Source: Vicugna vicugna
Lineage: Eukaryota
DNA: 64,000 nucleotides
Assembly: GCA_013265495.1 (NCBI GenBank)
Contig: MU058289.1
Location: forward strand, 1-64,000
Direction: 5' to 3'
Below the pieces are notes generated by a model, which did not search any database, had not been told where the DNA came from, and saw nothing but the letters and a program-made list of their open reading frames with translations. Each line of letters opens with the position of its first letter. Position 1 is the first letter of the stretch. Made by a program: the position numbers and the translations under genes. Positions 13,045 through 24,994 of this stretch are shown here, one piece after another.

Positions 13045-13680
13045 GAGTATTTTTTAACTGAAGTATAGCTGATTTACAATATTGTGTTAGTTTCTGGTGA
13101 ACAGCAGAGTGATTCAGTTCTACACATATATATTTTTTCATATTCTTTTTCATTATTGGTTATAAGCAGCTGTTGAATATAGTTCCCTGTGCTATACAGT
13201 AGGACCTTGTTGTTTATCTGTTCTGCATATAGTAGTTTGTATCTGCTAATTCCAGACTCCCAATTTATCCCTTTCCACCCCTTTCCCCTTTGGTAACCAT
13301 AGTTTGTCTTCTGTGTCTGTGAGTCTCTGTTTTGTAAACAAGTTCATTTGTCATTTTTTAAAGATTCCACATATAAGGGGTGTCATATGATATTTGTCAT
13401 TCTCTGTCTGACTTACCTCACTTAGTATGATAATCTCTAGGTCATCCATGTTGCTGCAAATGGAATTGTTTCACTCTTTTTTATGGTTGAGTAGTATTCC
13501 ATTGTGTGTGTCTGTGTGTGTGTGTGTACACACTACATCTTTATCCATTCATCTGTCAATGGACATTTAGATGGCTTCCATGTCTTGGCTATTGTAAATA
13601 ATGCTACTATGAGCATTGGGATGCATGTATTTTTTTGAATTAGAGTTTTCTCTGGAACACACCCAGGAGTGGGATAGCAA
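13045..13680 (-). mobile_element. Relatively young L1 3' end (ORF2 C-terminus plus 3' UTR)
   Basis: ORF2 C-terminal peptide TCIPMLIVALFTIAKTWKPSKCPLTDEWIKM in ORF 13533..13850; 3' UTR gtatagctgatttacaatattgtgttagtttc. Confidence 0.85.
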
Positions 13681-14937
13681 GAAAGTGAGTTTTGAGTGCA
13701 GGAGTTCTTGTGTTTCCAATTATCTGTCTTGAATTGGGGGATATTTGTGGGATCCTGAGACTTCCTGCTGACTTGGAGAAGTACAATGTGTTGGATAAAA
13801 ATATGGACTCTGCTGCTACACTGCTTGGGCTGGAATTTCAGCTCTACCACATAGTAGCTTTATGACCATGGGAGAGTTACTCTTAACCCTGAGTTCCTTA
13901 CCTTTCAAATGGACAATAATAGTAGCTACTTCATAACTTTATTAGGTGAATTTTGAAAGTTAATATATCTAAAGAAATTCTAACTGCTTGTACTCAATAG
14001 AGACAATGATGATGATGTTGTTGGTAGTAATGATCATAGATCATAGAGATAGTTTCTCAGAAACATTCATTGTGATTCAGCCTTTGGTAATTTTCATTGG
14101 TAGTTCTCATTTTTCTATCTTATTTATACTATTTCTTGAATATTCTCCCAAATGTGGGATATACATTTCTTTCTTAGAGGCTTTATAGATAAATATTTTT
14201 ATTTCCTTATTTGGATATTGAAGTTTTTAAATAAGGAGGAAGAGTTAGATATTTGTGATCAAGTAACATTCTTTTCTAGAAATTTATCATTTGTTTTTTA
14301 GTTTCTATTATACCACTCTCATAGTTTTCTCATCCTGTGATTGTAATACAATAAGCAAGAAACAAAAACCTGAGACTCTTTCTTTGATGCTTTACTACTG
14401 ATAATGCCCTTGGCCCTTTACCCACTGTGTATGTTCTCTACAACCCCTCATATCCTTTAGCCATGCATTCAGCTCCCAATTTTAGGTTGATGGACTGAGA
14501 AATTGTCATCTCCCCTCTTTGTACTGCTAACTGCATGGTGGAACATTTCCATCTGGAAAGTCCTATAGAAATTTCAAACTTTGCACATTCAAATTTTCAC
14601 ACCCCTCCTCCTTCCTCCTGCCTTAATTCTCTCCCTTCCCTACATTTTCTGTGTTCTCTTTCTCACTAGATCACACAATTGCTTGGACTGGTTCTAAGCC
14701 AGTTACCTGTGAGTCACATCTAACTCTTCCATCTCTGTCACAGTCCAGTGCAAATCAGTGACCACCATTTCCAGTTTCCTGCATAACAGATGAATTACAA
14801 AGTTTGCTGACTCAATAATTAACATACTCTTATAGGATACTTCTACTATGGTGTATTTTCTCCTACAGTATAAATACAAAATTAGGTAAATGTAGAGCTG
14901 ATATACACTATCTGATCCCTGGATAGTAGCTAAATGA

Positions 14938-15216
<279 letters not shown>

Positions 15217-15403
15217 TAGGCTTCCCGTTCTCCATGTGATTGTATGTGCTCGTCTTCAGAGTAAAGGCTAATTGCTTTGTCTCACTGTGGAAGTTCCTCC
15301 ATTCTTACCTTTCACAGGTTCTCAAGTCCCCAGGACTTAGCCCAAAATCTAGATGACTGTCTCTAGCGTTAACATTCAAGTCCTTTGCTGTCTCCCATTA
15401 TAG

Positions 15404-15499
15404 GCTATCAAGTCCCCAAACCAGATGTGATCTTCAAGTTGGAGCAGGAAGAGGAGCCATGGGTGGTAGAAGAGGAAATATTTGGAAGACACTATCCAG
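15404..15499 (+). CDS. ZNF568: KRAB-B exon, ZNF568-like ([32 protein letters not shown])
   Basis: Canonical 96-nt KRAB-B exon, attatag| ... CAG|gtaagt, open frame. Confidence 0.93.
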
Positions 15500-15969
15500 G
15501 TAAGTAAGTGAAAAGGCAGGTCTGAATAGAAAGCCACGTGACAGTTGTTCAGGGGGTTGATACCATTTCACATTTTCCAAGATTTTCTTAAAGGCCCTAG
15601 TCTTCTAAAGTGCCTTAGATCATTGTGATGCTTTCAGATGCTATTCATACATTAGAGCAATCTTCCTTTTTCAAATTTAAGAAGGCCAGTAGCCCTATCT
15701 GATTTCAGGATACCAAAACTTCCCTAATTCATTTACAGGATTTTGTCCCTGTCTCTGATCCGTAGCTCTCTCTTTCCTTTGTGTTCATAGTGTTTTTTTT
15801 CCCTCATGCATTCAATATTTCGTGGATGTGTAGTATTTAAAAACAGAGTTGTTTCAGAGTTAGATTCCTTTTCATTTCTTACCTTCTTCCCATTTAGAAA
15901 AGCCTCAGTTTTGTAACAGTATTCACACTTTCCATTGCATTTCACAAACCTCATAATCCCATATAGCTT

Positions 15970-16125
15970 TGTTTTCTTTGTTTAGTTTTGTGTCGGGGGG
16001 AGGGGGTTAGGTTAATTTAATTAATTAATTAATCTATTTTAATAGCAGTACTGGGGATTGAACCCAGGACCTAGTGCATGCTAAGCTCTGCCACTGAGCT
16101 AAACCTCCCAGCCTTACCGCCCCTA
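15970..16125 (-). mobile_element. tRNA-derived SINE (Vic-1-like)
   Basis: gtactggggattgaacccaggacc...gcatgctaagctctgccactgagcta. Confidence 0.8.
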
Positions 16126-16319
16126 CACCAAACTTTAAAAGTTTCTGGATTACAAATTGTTGCCTTCTTTTGCTTATTCCCACCTTTCATTCCTTTCAAT
16201 TTTTTTGAAAATATAACATATGCACAGTTGGTTAAAAATATAAATAGTCCAAAAGATAACATTGAAGAGTGAGTCTCTCTCTTATCCTTGACACTCAGTG
16301 CCTTTCTTTTCTCAGTTGC

Positions 16320-16810
16320 ATACAGTTCTTTTTCAGAGTTGTCCTGGCTCTTCTCAGTTGTTTATTTTACCATATGAATTTTAGGTTCACCTGTCTATTT
16401 CCAGAGAAAAACCTGCTGGATTTTTTGTTGGGAATGTGTTAGAAGTATAAATTAACTTTCAGAGAGTTGACATCTTCATAATGTCAAAGTTTTCTATCCA
16501 AGAACATAATCTGTTTCTTTGTTCAGATCTGTCTATTTTTGTGCCCTTCAGAAATGCTTTCCAACATTTCCTTTGTAACTTTTGTAAATTTCTTATTAAG
16601 GTTTATAGCTAAGTAATAGACAAGAGAAAAAAAATCAGTACCAGAAGAATTGGAAAGGACCCTGTAAAAAACCATCTTTATTTACAGATGATAAGATTGT
16701 ATCCCCATAAAACACATGGGAATCAACTGCAACAAATAGTAAGAGAATCCAGAGAGATGGTAGGTTATCAGATTAACAAATAAAAATCAGTGGTGTTCAT
16801 GTATACTTAT
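16320..16810. mobile_element. Old L1 ORF2 fragment with a 5' inversion (strand switch near 16612)
   Basis: Antisense ORF2-like piece at about 16320-16610 abuts a sense piece at about 16615-16810 from the adjacent upstream part of ORF2. Confidence 0.55.
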
Positions 16811-17349
16811 ACACAGAGAAGGGTCAGGGAAGACTGAAGAGTTCAGCACAATGCAGTTACAGGAAAGAGCTGGAATCTATCCTGAGCTCACAGCTGACTC
16901 CTAGGTAGGGTGAAGTCACATCTGCACAATCACAACACTACCACCATGTGTACACATAGTGCTGTACCACATCAGCCGGCTACATATAATCCCACATACA
17001 TGCCTAGGGGACACAGAGTCCCTATAGCAGACACAGGGCTCTCCGCACCCACACACCAAGGTCACACTAGTCGCACCTGCACAGACACAAGCGCCTAACA
17101 CCACATAATCACAGACCTCCAACTCCCGCACACACCCCGGGACACACAGTCCCAACTGCACGATCACTGGCCCTCTGCATCCCCATGGCGCACGGTTCAG
17201 TCACAATCACGTACCCATTCCGGGAACACGTAGAGTCACAAGCACCGTACTCCATCACCCAGTTATCATCACTTACAGTTACAGTCACACAGCACGAATA
17301 CACACAGTCACACACGCTCACACGATCTCCATTCTTCAGCTCGTTCTGA

Positions 17350-18100
17350 ACAGGAAAGGCCCGGATCCAGACTCCTCGCCTTAGCCCTTCCCCGGTTCCG
17401 GTCTGGTCCAAACTGGCGGAGTGGTACGGGGTTCTAAAGGTCTCAGAGCAGGTAACTCCGCGCAGCCAAGGCACCGCCAGTCAATAAAGCGGCGGCTAAG
17501 TCTCGCGGGACACAAGGTTGGCCTGCGGGGTCCGCTGGGAAATGTAGTCCAGAGGCGGTCACAGCGCCCCCGTACCCCGAGTCCTCTCAGCGCGGAAGCT
17601 GGGCGTGCGCCATCTAACGCACCAAATAAAACTGCGAGGCCCGCACGCCGAGCATTTCGCAGATAGAGCCCGTCGGCCTGCTGGAGTCGTCAGTCCTCGT
17701 CCCTGGCAGCCCGGTGAGCGCCAGGGCACATTGGTCGGAACGGCCAGTTCGCGGCGGAAGTAGCTCCGATCCACAGGGCCTGTGGGAAATGTAGTTCGGG
17801 CCAGAGACGCGGCCAATCCGGCCAGAAAGCAGGTGAACTGATTCTTCTCAGCTCCGAGGTCGGTCCTGGCAGCCGTTACCCTACCCGCCGTGCCCAGGAG
17901 ATTTCTATAGGTTCTGGTTCGCCCTCGGAATGCAGAGGGGATGAGACACTGACTTGACATTTCATCTTTGCCGGTGGGTGAGTCCAGGCCTCGGTGCACG
18001 CAGCGCTCAGGGTGAGAATGAAGGTGGCACCTGATGGTCTTCAGGTGAGGAAGAGGGCGGGGCAGAGGATGCTGCAGATGCTGAGTTGTGGCCGCAGGTG
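17350..18100. promoter_or_regulatory. CpG-island promoter with ZNF143/SBS motifs and no intact coding gene attached
   Basis: tgggaaatgtagt at about 17536-17548 and 17783-17795; gcggaagt at about 17754; donor-like gg|gtgagt (about 17978) and cag|gtgagg (about 18043); CA-rich left flank and TG-rich right flank. Confidence 0.8.
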
Positions 18101-19875
18101 TGACTGGGTGTTATGTATGTGTGAATGTGGATCACCTGCTTGGGAGATCTGGCTTGAATCTGTGTATCAGAAATTAACCTCTGAGGCTCATGTTGGGCGT
18201 TTGTAAAATGATAAGAGAGCATCTTTCTAGGGCATCAATTTTATTTGAGGGTTGACAGAAGAAAAATACCTATTATATGATAAAGAAAATTAACTGATTT
18301 TTGTGTTTAAATAGGCATGTTTATTGTGGATTAGAATGCAAATTCAACATGCTTTTAAAGCAAGAAGGAATACTGCAAAATAATTTACCAGATGCTTGCT
18401 CTCATCTGTCCCAGACCCCCAAGTATAGACACATACTCTCCTCTACATTCAATGAAACTACTAAAATATTTGGGTTTAAATCTACCACGTTACTATTTTC
18501 TGTTTATTCCACCTGTTCACAATCTTAACACTTTCAGAGAGTTCAGGTTACTTATTTTGTGTAATGTTCTTCACTTTGGGTTTATCTGATGTGTTGTCAT
18601 CATTTAACATTTTGGGGAGGAAAACTCCATAAGGAATACTGCTCTTCTCAGTTTCATCAGGAGACACACAATGTCAATATGTTCTGTTACTGATGTTGTT
18701 AACTTTATAACTTAGTTTAAATGGTGTCCATAAAGTTTCTCCACTCTAGAGATAATTAATGGGTATGTTGGATTTGCCAGTGAATAAATAAAAGGAAGCC
18801 AACTGGTAAAGGAGCCTGGGAAATGTAGTATACAGACTCCCAGTCCTAGCATTACTGACAAGCATATAGAAGGCTCAGTATGGAACTGAAAAAAATAAAC
18901 AACCAGCACATGGTCATCTTGGGAATTTCCTTCACCTCTTAAGTTGGAGTACAGGTTTCCTGGAACTTATGCCTTTTTTTTTTCTTGGTTTAGTCCCTCA
19001 TTTTTGTTTAAAAACAAACAAACAAACGAGTCCTCCATTAGCACTTTTAGAAAGGTTAACTTGGAATAAAATTGGGGGCCCTTACAAGTCTAAAATCATC
19101 CTTATTCTACCTCTTTTTGATGATAGCTTAACTAGGTTGGAATCTTCAGTTGGATGTAATTTTCCCTTAGACTTTCTAGAGAATTATATATACCCTTGTC
19201 TTCTAGCTTACAGTTTTCATCTTAAAAGTATGATGACAGTTTGATTTGTATTTTGTTGTTTTTATTTTTCCTCTTTGGAAGCATTCTTAAATGCTACTCT
19301 TCTTTCTGAAACTTCACAAAGGTGTAGTTTGGTATGTTTTTTATTCATTTTACAGGTGGACATTGTACTCAATGGACCTCATTATTAGAAGAATCATGAT
19401 CTATATTTCTAGAAATCTTATATTTGTCCTCTGAAATTTTCCTCCATTCAGTTTTCTCTTTTCTTTCTGGGACCTTCTCTTACTGGGTTTTGAAATTCTT
19501 GATGTCATTTTTTTTTACTCTTTTTTCCCCTGTAACTGAGTGATTTCCACAACTCTTTCCCATATCTGCTATAAAAATTTTAACAATATTTTATTTTTAC
19601 TTCCAAGAGCAGTTTTTATAGTACATGTTGTTTCCTTGATATGACATCTGCTCTTTTCTCTTTGTGTTATTGTAGGGGACTTCTGGTGATTTTTGGGAGG
19701 GGGGTGTCTTTTCCTTAGCTGTATCCATTTCCTTAGAAGTTCTTTTCTAAATTGTTTTTATCTGTCTTTCATATTACTAGGTTTACTTTTATATTATATT
19801 CACATATTGTTAGATTTTCCTAGCTTGTTGATTAATATTAATCTTTTATTAATAATGCACTAAAAAGATGACTAT

Positions 19876-20355
19876 TGTTGGGGCTCAAAGCAGGCCACCC
19901 CCAAATATGCCACAGTGGCATATTGATTATTTTGAATTAATGTTACTTGAGAAACAGCCAGTGAGAAAAATGATATAAGAAAACACTGTGACCTCCTTTC
20001 CCCCCTTGAAAATAGGAAATAAATATCTCATGTAAAAGTACCCTTCCTATACCAGGAGGATAAAAAGCATCCTTATCACTAGAGTGGAGGGATTCAAGGC
20101 TAAGAAAGCTGTGTAAACTTTTCCTTCTTCACTAGTCTGCTACCCCAAGCACAAGCCCCTTTGTTAAATCTTCACAAATAATTGTTTGCCTAAAATTGAT
20201 ATATAAACAGCTGCTTTGGTCATTTCAGGGGTCCCATTTCTATCAAGCTTTCACACATATGAATTAAATTGGGTTTTTTTCCTGCTGTTAATCTGTCTTA
20301 TGTCAACTTAATTATTAGACCAGCCAGAAGAAGTCAAGGGGTAGGAGGAAACTTA
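19876..20355 (+). mobile_element. ERV1-type LTR (MER34-like)
   Basis: tgttggggctc...ccccaaatatgcc...tggcatattgattattttga, characteristic of MER34-group LTRs. Confidence 0.6.
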
Positions 20356-20365
20356 ATGTAATAAT

Positions 20366-20420
20366 GATAGATAGATAGGTAGGTAGGTAGGTAGGTAGGT
20401 AGGTAGATAGATAGATAGAT
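20366..20420 (+). repeat. (TAGA)n(TAGG)n(TAGA)n microsatellite
   Basis: Directly visible. Confidence 0.95.
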
Positions 20421-20771
20421 CTGTCGACTTGTGAACTTCACTACAGAACTCTTGGTCAAGACTTCAGACATTTGTCAGCCCCAAAATGTTAGTATTACAG
20501 GTTTTCTCCTGGGCTATTTCATTTCTCCAAAGAGTCTTCTCATTTCTTAACTACCAGAATTTTGGGGGGCCAACAGCGATGAAGTCCCACTATTTATTTT
20601 TACGATAATTTTTATTAAAGTTTAGTTGATTTACATCCCACCATTTAATCTTCCTGATTTCAGCTTGGTGCCTCTCCCTGCCATCTGTTCTTCACATCCT
20701 TGTGTCTGAAGCATCCGATTCAATTTCTGTAGAGAATAAATATTCTATTCTTTGCCAGTGGGATGTGGTAG

Positions 20772-21305
20772 TGTATTAGTTATCTGTTTCTGCATAACAA
20801 ATGATCCTACAACTCAGCAGCTTAAAACAACAAATATTTATTCTCTCAAATAGTTTCTGAGGGTCACAGTTTCTGAGAGAGGTAGCTTAGCTGGGTGATT
20901 GCAACACAGGCTCTCTTGGGAGGTTGCAGTCAACCTGCTGGCTTGACTGGGACTGGAACATCCACTTCCAAGGCGGATGGCTCACTCACATGGCTTTTAG
21001 TAGTTCCTTGCTAGCCGTTGTCAGAAAGCTTCAGTTCCTTTTTACATGGGCCTCTGCACGGGCTGCCTGACAACTGGCTTAATAGTCCCTCCTCCCCATC
21101 CCACCCCCAGATCAAGAGACACAGGAAGGAGAGAGAACATAGTCAGGAAACCACAGTACCTTTTATGATCTAGGTTCAGAGGTCGCATCCCATCACTTCC
21201 ACCATAATCTGTTCATTAGAAATGAGTCACTAAGTCCAGCCCATACTCAAGGCAGGGGCCAGGGAGAGTATAAAACATGTGTGGACATAGTTGAGACTTA
21301 GCACA
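20772..21305 (-). mobile_element. MaLR (MLT1-type) LTR
   Basis: tgtattagttatctgtttctgcataacaaa...cttaaaacaacaaatatttatt. Confidence 0.7.
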
Positions 21306-21574
21306 GGTGCTAATCACTTGGCGTGAATGGAGTGGTGGAGGTGCTGAGTTTCAAACTACTTAATCCTTTCTTCAGCTCCATGCTTTAGCACCACCTTTTG
21401 GGGCATTTGGTTCCTCCAGTCCATGAGTTGTCGCAGTGATTTGTTTATACCTTGTTTTCATTGGCATTCTTTTCTGTGGGCACTTTTATTGAGCTGCCTG
21501 GTCAGCTAACAGTCTTCTTTCTGCTGCCATCTTATGTGTTGACATAACTCATCAACTATCAATTCTCTTTTAAA

Positions 21575-21702
21575 CTTTTTTGGGGGGAGGGGGAGGTAAT
21601 TAGGTTTCCTATTTATTTTTAGAGGGGATGCTGGGGATTGAACCCAGGACCTCCTGCTTGCTAAGCGTACCCTCTACCACTTGAGCTATACCCTTACCCC
21701 CC
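21575..21702 (-). mobile_element. tRNA-derived SINE (Vic-1-like)
   Basis: ctggggattgaacccaggacc...ctctaccacttgagctataccc; TSD-like caattct. Confidence 0.85.
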
Positions 21703-22304
21703 ACCAATTCTTTTTTCCTGTAAGTTTATATTGTCCCACCTTCCCATTTACATAACTTTGATGAAGTTGCTGGAGGAATCAATAATAAATGCATGTGTCA
21801 GTCTACTGTGTTTAATACACTGTGTCCTCTGTGTATGTTTATCCCTCTGGTCATTCTCTCCTCTAGTCTTTTAAATAGATTCTTTTTATAAACTTATTCT
21901 TTCATCCTGTTGTTACTTATTTTGTGATCACTTCATTTTGCTGATTTCTGAGTTATGGAAGGTTAATTTAAAAACATTCAAAGCTGTACATACTAATCAA
22001 ACGTCAGTGTCCTACCCAAAGTTCCTCAGGAAGTTTCCTCCTCAAAATTAGGGGCCAGTGGGTATTAGCACTTGTAACTTCCTTCATATTGGGTGATTCT
22101 TTAGGCCTGAAACTGGAGAGTCTACCTTATAATAGCAAATATCTGAAATTTTATTAATAATATAGTAGTGGGAAAAATTTTAAGTGGTGACGATGATGAT
22201 TACAATAATAAGTTTTTTTGCGTACTTAGTACATACTAAACAGTGTTTTAAGCAATTTTCACATATTAATTTTTAATGCTTCCTCTCTTTGTACTCCATT
22301 TTAG

Positions 22305-23732
22305 AAGAAATCTTGGAAGTTATAAAGCAGATAGAAAGGCAGCTGAAAGACTTGTTTGTCAAACTGTATGTATCTCCAAGAAAATAGAGTTTGAAAAAGG
22401 CAGTGAATTTGAGTGAATCAGAAAGACATCCTCTCTGAATTCAGCCATTATTTCTTTAAGACAACACCTGTATCAATGTGACTCACTTGGAAAGAGTTGA
22501 AAACTTACTTAGATTTAACATATCATGAAGGAATCTATGTAAGAAAGAAATGCCATGACTGTATGTAGTATATTATAATTCATCTTGTCTTATAGTAACC
22601 CCCATTAAATGAAATCTGTATAAACAAGGATTCAGCAATAAAACCTCATCAAATACCTGAGAATTACATGGTGAGGAGAAAGCCTACAAACCTTGTCCAT
22701 GTGGGATCCTTATATTCACAAGCCTAATCTTACTATAGTCACCAGGGAAATAATGCAGCAGAGGAAAGCTGTACATGTAAGGACTATTGGAAAACCTTCA
22801 ACTAGTTACTCAAACTAATTGAATATGAGAAAATTTAAACTGTGGAGAAACTCAACAAATGTAACAGATTTGGAGAACTGTTCTTCCAGAAGCAAAACTT
22901 CATAGAAATGAGAAAATTTAAACCTTATGAATATGAGAAGGCTTCCATTCAGATGTCAAACCTCATAAGTCACCAGAGAATTCATATTGGAAAGAAATCT
23001 TATTCATGTAAGAAATGTGGGAAAGCCTTCAGCCACAAGTCAAGTATCACTGACCATGAGAAAATCCATAAGGGAGAGAGTCCTTTGAATATAATGAATG
23101 TGGGAAAACTTCAGCCAGAAGCAATACCTCACCGAGCATCAGTGAGAAATCCTACTAATGTAAGGAATGTGGAAAATCCTTCAGCCAGAAAGAAAATCTC
23201 ATTACCTGTCAGAAGATTCATACTAGAGAGAAACCATTTGGATATAATTACTGTGAAAAGGTTTTTATACAGAAGTCAAGCCTCATTAAACACCAGAAAA
23301 TGTGTAATGGAGAAAAATCGTATATGTGTAACGAATGTGGGAAAACCTTCAGCAGCAAATCAAATCTGACAAAGCACCAGAAAATTCATATTGGAGAAAA
23401 ACCCTGTAAATTTAATAAATGTGAAACAGCCTTTAGCCAAAAGCAGTACCTCGTTAAACATCACAATATTCATACAGGAAAGAAACCCTTTGAATGGAAT
23501 AAATGTGGAAAAGCCTTCTCTCAAATCACATCACTCACTGCACATGTGAGAACACATGCAGGTGATGAGCCTTATGAAGGTAAGGTATGTGGGAAACTCT
23601 TCTCTCAATTCTCAGCTCTTGCTTTATATGCGAGAACACATACAGGTGAGAAGCCTAATCAGTGTAGCAAATGTGGGAAAGCTTTCAGCCAGAAATCACA
23701 CCACATTAGGCATTGAAATCCCTACTCATTAA
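22305..23732 (+). pseudogene. Decayed spacer plus C2H2 finger exon of the ZNF146/ZNF260 (OZF) family
   Basis: Acceptor ctttgtactccattttag| identical to the ZNF146 terminal-exon acceptor; fingers [36 protein letters not shown]...TH*; many frameshifts, stops and lost Cys/His. Confidence 0.92.
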
Positions 23733-24994
23733 AGATAACATGAATGCCCTTGAATACAGCAAAACCTTCAGTAGGAATTTGCACCCACCCATCAGAGAAT
23801 TCGCTCTGGGGTAAAACATTATAAGTTTAGGAAAGCCTTTAGCAGGAACTCAAAACATCCGGGACACAGGACATTCTTAGGAAGAGAAACAATAAAATGA
23901 AAAGCCAACAGAGTTTCAGTAAACATCACAGTTAATGCTGAATCCTTGGAAACATTCCCGTTGAAGTCAGAGACAAGACACGATGCCTGATAGCAGTACC
24001 ACAACTCAGTTGATCTACAGACCAGAACCAGTGCAGTAAGGTGAGGAAGAGGTATAGGATAAATAAAGGGATAAATCTTTGCAGACAATATGATTTTTCT
24101 ATATAGTTATTATTATTAAAACTTTGAAATAATATGCATTAATAGAATGGAATTCGAAGCCTAGATGCCTAGATACAGCCCAATTCAGTAAAGAAATGAT
24201 GACCTATTTAAACGGTATTTGGGTGGTAATTAGCCTTCCCTGAAGAGAAAGATTCCTGCCTTATATCTTACATTAAAGAAAGAAAAATCCAAATTGAAAG
24301 AAAAATCTAAAACTTTAGGAAGATGACTCAATAAACTGGGATAGAGAGATTTTCCTAAGGTGCCCCACAACTTCTTTTAGTATTATTATACCTCAGAGAA
24401 ACCCAGACATACACCCAGGGAGGTGTGTACCTTGAAGTTCTGTGCAGTGTGATTTCTGGTGGCCAAAAACGATTAGCATGCTTTCTACAGCCAGATATTG
24501 GGGGTGGGGGAACTGGAAATGCCTATCATTAGGGAAATGGTTGAATAAAATGCATTATATTTACACTATGGAGTAATGTACAGCAGTTGACTCAAACAAA
24601 TGGTATCTATGTATTAATAGGGAAAGATCTCAAAAACATGATGTTGAAAAAAAGGGCAGATGATGCATATAATATAATCATTTTTTGGTAGGACAATTCT
24701 CTTTATGCATGTAATGTAGCTTTTTGTGTATATATTTTATCAAAGTTAATTGTATCTTTAATTGGAATAAAAGCAACATTAATATTGTATATTGATTTTG
24801 AGTATAGATGTGTATGTAAAAGTATAGAAAAGGATTGGAAATTTGTTTGCTAAATTCATGATGGTAATTGCCTTTGGAGTCAAGTTAGGAGGGAGAAAAA
24901 TGGGAGAAGGGTGATGGGCAAAGGAGATTTTTGGCTTCACATCTAAATATGTTATTTTAAAACTACAAAGATTACTGTAGCTCTGTAGTATTGT

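Noticed and set aside
16600..16630. L1 strand switch as the chromosomal breakpoint
   Set aside because: The two pieces appear to be adjacent ORF2 segments in the geometry expected from a twin-primed 5'-inverted insertion
22842..23716. 175-aa and 138-aa ORFs as functional ZNF genes
   Set aside because: Fragments of one frameshifted exon; several zinc-binding Cys/His residues are lost
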